Numbered from the stretch's first letter, positions 9,226 to 17,790 are shown. The stretch is 41,946 nt of DNA from Vulcanimicrobiaceae bacterium (GCA_049964475.1 JBMFXH010000001.1:1-41946); one strand, 5' to 3'. Numbers and translations are program-made. Notes: generated by a model not told the origin, from the letters alone.

Positions 9226-10074
9226 TTAGATTCCGGTCACCGAGAAAATCGCGATCGCCCCGGGACCGACGTTGACGGCGACCGACGGCCCGACTTCATG
9301 GACGATGAAGGTTTTCGGCGGCAGTGCAAGTTTATCGTGCAGTGCTTTCGCCATCTCTTCTGCGAGCGTCGGCGCATGCGTGTGTCCGATGGAAAACCGC
9401 GTCGCGGCGGCATCGGTGACGTGACGCGTTGCAATATCGATAATCAACTCTTTGGCTTTATCGAACGTCCGCGTCTGCCCGGCGGTCTCAACGACGCCAT
9501 CGCGTACTTGCAGGATCGGATTGACTTTTAGTACCGTTCCCAACGCAACGATTGCTTTGTTCAGTCGCCCGCTGCGGCCGAGAAATTCGAGCGTCGGCAT
9601 GATTTGGTAGCCGTTCTGCGTGGTTTTCCCGCGTTCGAGTGCGGCAACGATGTCCTTGGCGCTCGCGCCTTTCTTCGCCATTTCGCCGGCGACGTAGGCG
9701 AGTAAGAGTAAGCCTCCCGACAGCGTTCCGCTATCGATTACATGGACTTTCCCCGCGAAACGGGAGGCCGCAGCCAACGCATTTTCGTAGGTTTTCGAGA
9801 GTTTGCTGGAAACGATCGGGACGACGCATTCATCGCCCTTATCTACGTGTTTGGCGAAGATCGCGGTAAAGCCCGCGGCATCGAGCGGCTCGCTGCTGGG
9901 GAGATCTTTCGCCGCTGCCATGCGGGCATAGAAACTCGCGCGGGTGATATCGACGCCGTCACGGAGACGCTCGCCGTCGATGTGAATCCAGAGCGGCGCC
10001 ACTTCGACGCCGAATTCGCGGGCTTGCTCGGCCGAGATATCGGCTGCGCTGTCGGTAATAATTGCTGTAGCCAT
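9226..10074 (-). CDS. DegV family fatty-acid-binding protein
   Basis: MATAIITDSAADIS...SSKLSKTYENA...GHTHAP...GPGAIAI is typical of DegV. The ATG at 10074 is preceded by AGGAG. The 174-aa N-terminal extension in the ORF track is rejected. Confidence 0.9.
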   Translation of the reverse strand: MATAIITDSAADISAEQAREFGVEVAPLWIHIDGERLRDGVDITRASFYARMAAAKDLPSSEPLDAAGFTAIFAKHVDKGDECVVPIVSSKLSKTYENALAAASRFAGKVHVIDSGTLSGGLLLLAYVAGEMAKKGASAKDIVAALERGKTTQNGYQIMPTLEFLGRSGRLNKAIVALGTVLKVNPILQVRDGVVETAGQTRTFDKAKELIIDIATRHVTDAAATRFSIGHTHAPTLAEEMAKALHDKLALPPKTFIVHEVGPSVAVNVGPGAIAIFSVTGI

Positions 10075-10206
10075 AGGGGGCGCTCCTGACGCCGCGCAGG
10101 CGGGTTTCGCCCGCTCGCCACGGCAGTCATGCCCGGCCTCTGCCCGACGATATATCGGCAACGCCGAGGAGACCCTCCGGCAATCGCCGTACGCTACGCT
10201 TCCACG

Positions 10207-10500
10207 ATGGATGCCGAACCGAGCCCCCGCGAGATTATGACCGCCGTGCTCGACCTGCACGGGGCGGTCGCGAACGGCTTTGCCATGGTCGAAGGTCGGC
10301 TCGACCGGGTGGAAGCTCGGCTCGACCGGGTGGAAGGCCGACTCGACCGGGTGGAAGGCCGACTCGACCGGGTGGAAGCCCGACTCGACCGGGTCGAAAC
10401 CCAACTGACCTCGATCGGCGGTGAGGTCGCGGGCCTCCAGCGTTGGCGCCTGACCGTCGACGGCAGGCTCGACCGGCTGGAGCAGGCGTATTACCGCTAG
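10207..10500 (+). CDS. small coiled-coil protein with six tandem heptads (VE[GA]RLDR)
   Basis: MDAEPSPREIMTAVLDLHGAVANGFAMVEGRLDRVEARLDRVEGRLDRVEGRLDRVEARLDRVETQLTS...DGRLDRLEQAYYR. The start is uncertain (10129, 10207 or 10237) and none has a clear SD. The reverse frames look non-protein-like. Confidence 0.45.
   Translation: MDAEPSPREIMTAVLDLHGAVANGFAMVEGRLDRVEARLDRVEGRLDRVEGRLDRVEARLDRVETQLTSIGGEVAGLQRWRLTVDGRLDRLEQAYYR
10288..10413 (+). repeat. six tandem 21-bp units (last one degenerate)
   Basis: gtSgaaggYcgRctcgaccgg repeated head to tail. Units start at 10288, 10309, 10330, 10351, 10372 and 10393. The units at 10330 and 10351 are identical. Confidence 0.9.
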
Positions 10501-10528
10501 CGGCTGCAGCCCCGACGTCCCCGCCCGC

Positions 10529-10557
10529 TTGCATGGCGCTCCCCGCCGTGCTATCCT
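10529..10557 (+). promoter_or_regulatory. candidate sigma-70 promoter of the infC operon
   Basis: TTGCAT (10529-10534), a 17-nt spacer, then TATCCT (10552-10557), about 150 nt upstream of infC. Confidence 0.4.
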
Positions 10558-10594
10558 CTCCGAGCCGAAGCAGCGCCCTCGAAAGGGGGAGCTC

Positions 10595-10690
10595 ACCGGA
10601 TGCCTGCGGGCGATCCGGTCTTCACAAGAGGGAACCGACGGTAGGTTCCATTGATGTGAGGTCGCTGCGGCGGCCTTTCTTCGTTTTTTT
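10595..10690 (+). promoter_or_regulatory. structured infC leader ending in an intrinsic terminator (L20-type attenuator candidate)
   Basis: Three hairpins: accggat/atccggt (10595-10619), ggaacc/ggttcc (10631-10649), and aggtcgc-tgcg-gcggcct (10659-10676). The last is followed by ttcttcgttttttt (10677-10690), just before the infC SD. Confidence 0.55.
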
Positions 10691-10707
10691 CGACTAGGAG
10701 TATCGCC

Positions 10708-11403
10708 ATAGCACGACCGCTACGCGTCAACGAACAAATCCGCATTCGATCGGTCCGCGTCATCGATGACAACGGCGAGCAGCTCGGCGTTATGCCGACG
10801 GAGGAAGCGCTCTCGCGAGCGCGCACCGCAGGGCTCGATCTTATCGAGATTTCGCCGAACGCGCAGCCTCCGGTCTGCAAGATCGGCGATTTTGGACGGC
10901 TCAAGTACGAACAAGCGAAAAAAGACAAAGATGCCCGCAAAAAGCAGCGCCACGTCGATCTACGCGAAGTGAAGCTGCGCCCCAAGATCGAGCAACATGA
11001 TTACGAGACCAAGGCCCGCATGGCCGAACGCCTCTTGCTCGATGGAAGCAAGATTAAAGTAACGATCATGTTCCGTGGCCGGGAAATTACGTATCAGGGC
11101 TTTGGAAAACGTTTGCTGGATCGCATGGTGGAGGATATGATGCCTCTCGCGCTCCTGGAACGCGAACCAAAACTCGAAGGCCGAAATATGTTTATGATTT
11201 TAGCGCCGCGCGCGACGCCGACGGGACCGCCGAAGTACTCCTCGATGAAGGAGCACGAACGAGCACAACCACCGACGCCGACTGCAGACGCTGAACAACC
11301 CAAGGAGTCTACCGATCATGCCAAAGATTCGAACCCACCGCGGAACGGCGAAACGAGTAAAGATAACCGGGACCGGGAAAGTGATGCACCGACACCAGTT
11401 TAG
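10708..11403 (+). CDS. infC: translation initiation factor IF-3 (non-canonical ATA start)
   Basis: The conserved N-domain (RVNEQIRIRSVRVIDDNGEQLGVM) is encoded upstream of the first ATG (10792). No ATG/GTG/TTG lies in frame after the TGA at 10657. AGGAG (10696-10700) sits 7 nt before ATA 10708. The C-domain reads KVTIMFRGREITYQ...EGRNMFMILAP. Confidence 0.85.
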   Translation: MARPLRVNEQIRIRSVRVIDDNGEQLGVMPTEEALSRARTAGLDLIEISPNAQPPVCKIGDFGRLKYEQAKKDKDARKKQRHVDLREVKLRPKIEQHDYETKARMAERLLLDGSKIKVTIMFRGREITYQGFGKRLLDRMVEDMMPLALLEREPKLEGRNMFMILAPRATPTGPPKYSSMKEHERAQPPTPTADAEQPKESTDHAKDSNPPRNGETSKDNRDRESDAPTPV

Positions 11404-11524
11404 CGGTTGCGGACACATCCTTTCGAAAAAGACGCGTAAGCGCAAACGTAACTTCCGCAAGGATCAACCGACGTTTAAGGGCGATCTCAAACGCCTAGCG
11501 CCGACGATCCCCTATTTGGTGTAA
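11318..11524 (+). CDS. rpmI: 50S ribosomal protein L35
   Basis: MPKIRTHRGTAKRVKITGTGKV...; AAGGAG at 11302-11307. Confidence 0.9.
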   Translation: MPKIRTHRGTAKRVKITGTGKVMHRHQFSGCGHILSKKTRKRKRNFRKDQPTFKGDLKRLAPTIPYLV

Positions 11525-11539
11525 GGAGGCTCATCACAC

Positions 11540-11899
11540 ATGGCACGCATCAAACGCGGCGTTCACGGCCTCAAACATCGCCGCAAGGTTATGAAGCTCG
11601 TCAAGGGCTTCCGCGCCGCGCGTCGTCGCAACTATCGCGTTGCGAACGAAGCGCTGCTCCACTCCCTTGCCTATGCTTTCCGCGATCGTCGCGTCCGCAA
11701 ACGCGATTTCCGTTCGCTGTGGATCAGCCGCATCAATGCGGCCGCCCGCCGCGAAGGCATGAGCTATTCGATGCTGATGAACGGCTTGAAAAAGTCGGGG
11801 GTCGCACTCAATCGGAAAGCACTCGCCGATCTCGCCGTCAACGATAGCGCCGCGTTCGGCTCGTTGCTCGCGGTCGCGAAAAAAGCGGTCAGCGCCTAA
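11540..11899 (+). CDS. rplT: 50S ribosomal protein L20
   Basis: MARIKRGVHGLKHRRKVMKLVKGFRAARRRNYRVANEAL...; AAGGAGG at 11523-11529. Confidence 0.95.
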   Translation: MARIKRGVHGLKHRRKVMKLVKGFRAARRRNYRVANEALLHSLAYAFRDRRVRKRDFRSLWISRINAAARREGMSYSMLMNGLKKSGVALNRKALADLAVNDSAAFGSLLAVAKKAVSA

Positions 11900-11926
11900 C
11901 CTGGGGTGCGATCGGCACCCGCCACG

Positions 11927-11959
11927 CCCCACCTGCAATCGCTGCAGGTGGGGCTTTTT
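11927..11959 (+). terminator. rho-independent terminator of infC-rpmI-rplT
   Basis: ccccacctgca-atcgc-tgcaggtgggg followed by cttttt. A second small hairpin (gggtgc/gcaccc) lies at 11904-11920. Confidence 0.75.
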
Positions 11960-12004
11960 CTATCCCTAAAGATCCCCGAAACGCATTTCTTTAAGGGGGC
12001 ATCC

Positions 12005-12724
12005 ATGGATCGCGAAGCTCTTCGTTGCGACCGCCAATCCTTTCTCGAACGCGCCGGGCTCGGTATCGCCGCCGGCGCCTTCGTGCTGCCGAGTATCGCC
12101 GGAATCGCCGAGGCCGCCGGCGCCGCTCCGCCCCCGATGGCCGCCGACGCAAAGGCGGGGCTCGCACGACTGATGGCGGGGAACGCGCGCTTCGTCGCCG
12201 GGCGCCCCATCTGCCCGCCGCTCACCCAGCGACGCGCGGTACTCGCCCACGGGCAGAGCCCGTATGCGATCGTGCTCTCGTGCTCGGATTCCCGGGTTCC
12301 GGTCGAGACGCTCTTCGACGAAGAGCCCGGCAATATTTTCGGCGTGCGCATCGCTGGTAATTTTCTCGACGACAACGGCATCGGCTCGATCGAATACTCG
12401 GTCGCCGTCCTCAAATCAACCCTCGTACTCGTGATGGGGCACTCGGAGTGCGGCGCGGTCAAGGCGGCGGTTGAGAACGTCAAGAGCGGCGCGATGCCGC
12501 CGGGGCATATCGCCGGGCTCGTGCGCGCGATCGAGCCTGCGGCGAAGAAAAGCCGGGTGCATAAAGGCGACTGGTTACATAATGCGATCGTGGAGAACGT
12601 TCGCGAGAACGTCGACGCGCTGCCGCGCCGTTCGACGATCGTCGCCGAAGCGGTGCATGTTGGAAAACTCCGCATCGTCGGCGCGCTCTACCACCTCGCG
12701 AGCGGAAGGGTTACGTTATTGTAA
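12005..12724 (+). CDS. beta-class carbonic anhydrase with Tat-like signal peptide
   Basis: CSDSRVP and GHSECGAV zinc-ligand motifs. N-terminus [46 protein letters not shown] lies 5 nt upstream of ATG 12005. The ORF-track start at 11906 overlaps the rplT terminator. Confidence 0.85.
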   Translation: MDREALRCDRQSFLERAGLGIAAGAFVLPSIAGIAEAAGAAPPPMAADAKAGLARLMAGNARFVAGRPICPPLTQRRAVLAHGQSPYAIVLSCSDSRVPVETLFDEEPGNIFGVRIAGNFLDDNGIGSIEYSVAVLKSTLVLVMGHSECGAVKAAVENVKSGAMPPGHIAGLVRAIEPAAKKSRVHKGDWLHNAIVENVRENVDALPRRSTIVAEAVHVGKLRIVGALYHLASGRVTLL

Positions 12725-12813
12725 GATTTCGGCGGACGCAGGCATTCCCGGAGCGGCTCTCGGGTTATCGGGTTATAGTGAAGGCATCGCTCGTTCGACA
12801 CAGGAGGAATTGC

Positions 12814-14811
12814 GTGTCGCTCTCTCGTCTTCTCACCGCGCTCTTCGCAGCGATGGCAGCGTTGGTTATGGTTTTACTGCTCGTCGGGCTTTACGTACTC
12901 GGCGCGATCGGTTCGCTCCCCGAAAAAATGGTCGCTGCAACCGCAGCAACGCACGCCGCAAGCGATTTTGAGCTACAGACGGTTCAAGAGATCAACGCAT
13001 TGCGCGGATACATGATCTCGAGGAACTCGGCATTTTACCGAGCCCTACGTGCGGCGCAGCAACGTCGGCAGCGCGATGCCGGAATCATGCAGAAGCGTGC
13101 GAACATCGACGCGCGCCCTATCGTGACAAACGCAATTACCGAGGCGGCGCTTATCGATAACGCCGTCAATCGCAAAGCTGCACTCGTCCACGCCGGGAAT
13201 CTACGAGGAGCCGTAGCAAAGTTCTTTTCGCGAGGTGATGCACAAGCGGCGATCCACCGTGACGTTACCCAAATAGCGAAGATGGATAACCCCGTCTTCA
13301 TTGCCAGCGCGGCGCTCATAGAACGTGCCGTTGCCCTTGGCCGTTGGGCGATGTGGGGGATAGCACTCCTGACCATCATCTTATCGTTCGGCACCTACGT
13401 CATTTTACGACGCTTGCTCGTCGACCGTCTACAGCGGGTTCGAACGGCATTACAGGACGATCTCGTCGTCGATCTCCGTGCCGCCGAACATGCATTCGAT
13501 CGACTCTCCCACGGGCATATCGGTGACCGCATTCCATTGACGGCTTGCGAACTTTCGGACACGCGTCCCGACGAAATCGGAGCAGTCGCAAAAAGTTACG
13601 ATGTCGCGCTTTCATCACTTCGAGCTTCCGTCGTTGCATACGAGCGGACGCAAGAAAATCTTTCGAGAATAATCGAGAGCATTTTAAGCGCCGCGGATTC
13701 GGTATCGTCATGCAGCGGCGAGTCGCACGAACGCAATAGCCTCATGCGCGATGAAATTCACGAGTTAGGGGAGCGGTCGAAGCGTGCCGCCGAGGAACTT
13801 TCCCTGCAGGCGGAAGAGGTAGAGAGCGGACGTCGAGCCGTCGTCGAACTCGCCGATGCGGTTGCTCAAATTGCGCGAGCCGCCGAAGCTCAAAAAACTC
13901 GCGTCGAAGGCGGCATCTCGATGATGGATCGACTAGAAACTTCGCTCGACGAGATCGCCGTATTCGCTAAAGGGCTTGCCGACGATGCCGACGCGAACGT
14001 CACAAGTGCCTCGGCCGGACTTTCGGCCGTCGCCGATGGGGCCCAGCTTGCCACGAAATTACAGCAATCCGCACAGCGCTCCCACCAAGAGATGAATGCT
14101 CTGCGCGAGCGATCGCATGAAGTTGAGAGCGTCATCGCGACGATTGAGGAAATCGCGGATCAAACGAATTTGCTGGCTTTGAATGCAGCGATTGAAGCTG
14201 CTCGAGCCGGCGAATTTGGGCGGGGCTTTGCCGTCGTCGCCGATGAAGTCAGAAAACTCGCGCTAAAGTCCGGCGAATCGACATCGCAGATCGCGCATAG
14301 CCTCTCGGGCATTCGCAACGCGATCGATGCAGCGACATCGATGATGACCGCCTCGATGGCACTCGCCGAAAACGTCAATGCAAGTATGGCAAAAGCGATT
14401 GAGGCGTTTCAAACGATGGCTCGGGCCGTCGAACGCTCGGCAAAGGGATCGAGCGCCGCCCTCGCCGGCATCGCGGACGCACGGCACCTCGGCGATGAAA
14501 CCGCCCGGGCGCTGCGCGCGCTCAACGATCTGGCGCAGAACGATGCTGCTACCGCTGAAGAGATCAGCGCCACGGCGACGCAGGTGCGCGATCTCCTCGC
14601 AACGATCGCAGCCTCTAGTGCGGAGGTCGTTGCCGATGCGCGGCGTGGCGCGATATCGACGCAAACGCTGATCGCGCACGCCGAGGAAAGTGAGTCCGCT
14701 GCGGCGAGCTTAGACCGGTATGTCGGCGAACTGCGCTCGGTGCTCGCCTTTTTCGACATGGGTCGAGAGCGTCTCGCCGATCGCGTGGCCGCGGTAAGGA
14801 TAGGAAGCTAA
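12814..14811 (+). CDS. methyl-accepting chemotaxis protein
   Basis: Highly conserved signalling hairpin [38 protein letters not shown]. It has an N-terminal TM helix, a periplasmic helical domain, a second TM helix and a HAMP-like segment. GTG 12814 is preceded by AGGAGG. Confidence 0.85.
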   Translation: MSLSRLLTALFAAMAALVMVLLLVGLYVLGAIGSLPEKMVAATAATHAASDFELQTVQEINALRGYMISRNSAFYRALRAAQQRRQRDAGIMQKRANIDARPIVTNAITEAALIDNAVNRKAALVHAGNLRGAVAKFFSRGDAQAAIHRDVTQIAKMDNPVFIASAALIERAVALGRWAMWGIALLTIILSFGTYVILRRLLVDRLQRVRTALQDDLVVDLRAAEHAFDRLSHGHIGDRIPLTACELSDTRPDEIGAVAKSYDVALSSLRASVVAYERTQENLSRIIESILSAADSVSSCSGESHERNSLMRDEIHELGERSKRAAEELSLQAEEVESGRRAVVELADAVAQIARAAEAQKTRVEGGISMMDRLETSLDEIAVFAKGLADDADANVTSASAGLSAVADGAQLATKLQQSAQRSHQEMNALRERSHEVESVIATIEEIADQTNLLALNAAIEAARAGEFGRGFAVVADEVRKLALKSGESTSQIAHSLSGIRNAIDAATSMMTASMALAENVNASMAKAIEAFQTMARAVERSAKGSSAALAGIADARHLGDETARALRALNDLAQNDAATAEEISATATQVRDLLATIAASSAEVVADARRGAISTQTLIAHAEESESAAASLDRYVGELRSVLAFFDMGRERLADRVAAVRIGS

Positions 14812-15374
14812 CGCGTACCGACCCAGAATAGCGCGAGCAACGTTTTCGCATCGGAGATCTCGCCGCGCGCGAACATCGACATCCCTTCCTCGATCGTTAC
14901 CGCGCGCACGTCGATGCGTTCATCGTCGTCGAGCGCTTGCGCGCCCGGAGCGAGATCGCGTGCGAGAACGAGGTGCAGCACCTCGTCGCAGAAACCCGGC
15001 GTCATCGCGACCGACGCCAGCAACTCGACGCGCCCGGCGCGATAGCCGGTCTCCTCGGCAAGTTCGCGTGCGGCGCCTTCGAGCGGGCTCTCGCCGGGTT
15101 CGCATTTCCCCGCTGGAATCTCCCACATCGTCGCACGTAACGGATGGCGATATTGCCGCACCAGCAGCAACTCGCGCTCGCCGAGCATCGCCGCAATCGC
15201 CACCGATCCCGGGTGTTCGACGACATCGCACGCGAAACGGTGCCCGTCGGCATACCGCAGCAGGTCCGTGCGCACGCGAAAGACCGGGCCGCGATAGCGC
15301 TCCGTACTCGATTCAACCTCCGGCACCGCCCCGGCGCCTTCTTCAGCAGCATTTCCCATCGTAGCGGCGAGCAT
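14808..15374 (-). CDS. Nudix hydrolase (ADP-ribose pyrophosphatase-like)
   Basis: Nudix box [23 protein letters not shown]. The start is ambiguous (ATG 15374 or 15359). The track start at 15536 runs antisense to a likely small membrane gene. Confidence 0.8.
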   Translation of the reverse strand: MLAATMGNAAEEGAGAVPEVESSTERYRGPVFRVRTDLLRYADGHRFACDVVEHPGSVAIAAMLGERELLLVRQYRHPLRATMWEIPAGKCEPGESPLEGAARELAEETGYRAGRVELLASVAMTPGFCDEVLHLVLARDLAPGAQALDDDERIDVRAVTIEEGMSMFARGEISDAKTLLALFWVGTR

Positions 15375-15416
15375 TAACGGAATCGGCGGCGCGGGCCTCG
15401 TACACTGCGCGATACC

Positions 15417-15632
15417 GTGAAACAGAACGTTCCGAACAACTCCTCGATCGGCGCCGAGATCGCGTGGCTCCTCGGCTTCCTCGTCGTCTTTGCCGTCGCG
15501 CTGCTGCTGCTGAACATCTACCTCGTTCCCCATCATTTCAACGATAAAGTCGCCGACACGGCCGCCGGGGTGATCGCCGCCGTCGCCTACGTCGCGGCGC
15601 GCCGATGGGCGATGCTGCGGACGAAACGCTAG
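15417..15632 (+). CDS. small two-helix membrane protein (hypothetical)
   Basis: Two hydrophobic segments (IAWLLGFLVVFAVALLLLNIYLV and AAGVIAAVAYVAA) and G/C-rich third codon positions. Its stop lies 2 nt before the methyltransferase ATG. GTG start with no clear SD. Confidence 0.4.
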   Translation: MKQNVPNNSSIGAEIAWLLGFLVVFAVALLLLNIYLVPHHFNDKVADTAAGVIAAVAYVAARRWAMLRTKR

Positions 15633-15634
15633 GC

Positions 15635-16441
15635 ATGGAGCTCCTCGGCCGCCACAGCGCCGAGCTTCGCTCGCTCGTTGCGCTCGCGCGCCCCGAGGGG
15701 CGTGCCGAGCGCGGGCTCTATATCGTCGAAGGGCCGACGCTGCTGGAGGAGGCGCGGCTCAGCGGGGTCGCCGTCGCGGCGATCTATGCAACGCCGGAGG
15801 CACTCGCGCGCGAGCCCCAACTCGCCGCCGCCCGCGCCGAGGGTGTCCCGATCAGGCTCCTCGACGAGCGCTCGGCGCAGCGCCTCTCCGATCTCGAACA
15901 CCCCCCGGGAATCTTCTCGCTGGTGCCGATGCTGCCGTCCGAACCCGCCTCGATCCTCGCGCGCAACGGGCTCGCACTACTCCTCGCCGACCTCAACGAC
16001 CCCGGGAACGCGGGCACTCTCCTCCGAGCCGCAGAGGCCTTTGGCGCCACCGGAGCCTTGCTCGGCGATCTTGGGGTCGACCCCTACCACCCCAAGCTGG
16101 TGCGTGCGGCGATGGGGGCACATTTCCGCCTCCCGATCGCCCGTCTCTCGCCCCCGGAACTCGCTGCTCGCCTCGCCGAGCACCCCGCTCACACGATCGG
16201 CTTGAGCGCCGACGGGGCGCCGATTGCCGGCCTTCCGCATCGCGGTGCGCGCCTGCTCGTGGTCGGGAACGAACGGCACGGCCTCGGGCGCTGGGCGCCC
16301 CTCTGCCGCGACCTCGCCGCGATCCCCATGCCGGGCCGGGCCGAGAGCCTCAATGCCGGGGTCGCCGGGGCGATCGCCCTCTACGAGCTCGGGGCGGCAG
16401 GAGAAGGGCGGGGGATCTCGGGAGGCTTGTCAAGAGAGTAG
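15635..16441 (+). CDS. TrmH/SpoU family RNA 2'-O-methyltransferase
   Basis: SpoU motifs DPGNAGTLLRAAEAFG, LVVGNERHGL and ESLNAGVAGAIALYE. Start set at ATG 15635 (MELLGRH...). Confidence 0.8.
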   Translation: MELLGRHSAELRSLVALARPEGRAERGLYIVEGPTLLEEARLSGVAVAAIYATPEALAREPQLAAARAEGVPIRLLDERSAQRLSDLEHPPGIFSLVPMLPSEPASILARNGLALLLADLNDPGNAGTLLRAAEAFGATGALLGDLGVDPYHPKLVRAAMGAHFRLPIARLSPPELAARLAEHPAHTIGLSADGAPIAGLPHRGARLLVVGNERHGLGRWAPLCRDLAAIPMPGRAESLNAGVAGAIALYELGAAGEGRGISGGLSRE

Positions 16442-16555
16442 TTTCGGAGCAAAAAGTCAAGACTTCCCCAGAGAAAAGTCGCATGGTATGCTCTGAGAGC
16501 CCCATTTAACGGGTCTTTTGTCGGAATGCTTCGTGTAAAGGAGACTCACCGCCTC

Positions 16556-16657
16556 ATGGCTACCTCCGAATTGTTCTGGAAGCTCTTTGCCAACACCGGA
16601 TCGATTGGCGCCTACCTCGCATACCGAAAGACACACCCGACTCCGAGTCACGGCTGA
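16556..16657 (+). CDS. 33-aa micro-ORF, YqzL-like small protein
   Basis: Too short for the ORF track. AAGGAG (16538-16543) precedes ATG 16556. The peptide is MATSELFWKLFANTGSIGAYLAYRKTHPTPSHG. Its FxWKxFxxTGxIxxYL core matches my recollection of the YqzL-like family. Confidence 0.5.
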   Translation: MATSELFWKLFANTGSIGAYLAYRKTHPTPSHG

Positions 16658-16686
16658 CGACAGAAAAGCATTAGAAAAGAACGTTT

Positions 16687-16725
16687 GGCGCCCGGTATGA
16701 TGAAACGACCGGGTGCCTTTTTTTT
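16687..16725 (+). terminator. strong intrinsic terminator 30 nt upstream of pheS
   Basis: The stem ggcgcccggt / accgggtgcc is 10 bp with one G-U pair. It has an 11-nt loop and is followed by eight T. Confidence 0.8.
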
Positions 16726-16755
16726 GCCCGACGATACCGAGAACGATAGGGAGCG

Positions 16756-17790
16756 ATGAGCGCACTCCAACCACAACTCGACGAGATAGCACGGCGGCTT
16801 CGTGCCGCAGCCGATGCGGCGCACGACGGCGCCGCGCTCGAAGAACTCCGCGTCCGCTTTCTCGGACGCAGCGGTGAAGTGACGCTGGTGCGACGCGGCA
16901 TCGGCGCCTTACCGTCGGCGGAGCGCCCCGACGCCGGGAAAACGATCAACGACGCCGTCACGCAGATGGAAGCGATGCTCGATGAGGCGAGCACGCGTAT
17001 CGCACGCGGCGCACTCGACGAAGAACTCCGGCGCCGCATCGATGTGACGTTCCCCGCACCCGATACCTCCCTAGGCTCGATCCATCCGGTGCGCCGCATC
17101 ATCGAAGAGATCGCCGAAACATTCAAACAACTCGGCTTTGCAACGGTCCTCGGTGCCGAGGTCGAACCGAGTTACTACACCTTCGACGCACTCAACATTC
17201 CCGCCGATCATCCGGCGCGCGAAGGCTTCGATTCCTTCTTCATCACTCCGGAACTCTTACTCCGCCCGCATACGTCGCCGATGCAGATCCGCACGATGCA
17301 GCAGCATCGTCCGCCGGTCGCGATTCTCGCGCCGGGGCGCTGTTACCGCCGCGATGCAGTCGACGCCCGCCATCTCTTTCAATTCCATCAAGTCGAGGGG
17401 CTACTCGTCGCCGAAGGTATCAACTTCGGGCATCTGAAAGGCGCGCTCGCGCACCTCTCGCGCACGCTCTTCGGCGCCGATCAACGCGTTCGTTTTCGTC
17501 CGTCATTCTTTCCGTTCACCGAACCGAGTGCCGAAGTCGATACCACCTGTCCGAAATGCAAAGGCAGCGGCGAGAGCTGCTCGATGTGCGGCGGTTCGGG
17601 TTGGATCGAGATCGGCGGTGCCGGTATGGTTCACCCCAACGTGTTGCGTGAGGTCGGCTACGATCCGGCCGAGGTAAGCGGTTGGGCCTTCGGTGTCGGC
17701 GTCGAGCGCATCGCTCTCGCCCGCTACGAGATCGACGATATCCGTCGCCTCATCGAATGCGATACCGATTTCTTGCGTCAGCTCCAATAG
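16756..17790 (+). CDS. pheS: phenylalanine--tRNA ligase alpha subunit
   Basis: HPARE, FFPFTEPSAEVD, GAGMVHPNVL and FGVGVERIAL motifs. It carries the Gram-positive-type CxxC...CxxC insertion (CPKCKGSGESCSMCGGSG). Confidence 0.95.
   Translation: MSALQPQLDEIARRLRAAADAAHDGAALEELRVRFLGRSGEVTLVRRGIGALPSAERPDAGKTINDAVTQMEAMLDEASTRIARGALDEELRRRIDVTFPAPDTSLGSIHPVRRIIEEIAETFKQLGFATVLGAEVEPSYYTFDALNIPADHPAREGFDSFFITPELLLRPHTSPMQIRTMQQHRPPVAILAPGRCYRRDAVDARHLFQFHQVEGLLVAEGINFGHLKGALAHLSRTLFGADQRVRFRPSFFPFTEPSAEVDTTCPKCKGSGESCSMCGGSGWIEIGGAGMVHPNVLREVGYDPAEVSGWAFGVGVERIALARYEIDDIRRLIECDTDFLRQLQ

Noticed and set aside
10075-10596. 174-aa N-terminal extension of the DegV ORF (track ORF 9226..10596)
   Set aside because: The extension is Arg/Pro-rich and reads the 21-bp repeat as FHPVES units. 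DegV homology begins exactly at MATAIITD, which has its own AGGAG. The extension would also run through the infC promoter region.
16442-16755. T-box riboswitch upstream of pheS
   Set aside because: The size and the 3' terminator fit a T-box. However, the segment 5' of the terminator (aacgtttggcgcccgg) matches the conserved T-box core (GGGUGGNACCGCG) at only about half its positions. I also could not identify a convincing specifier loop with UUC. A covariance-model search is needed to be sure.
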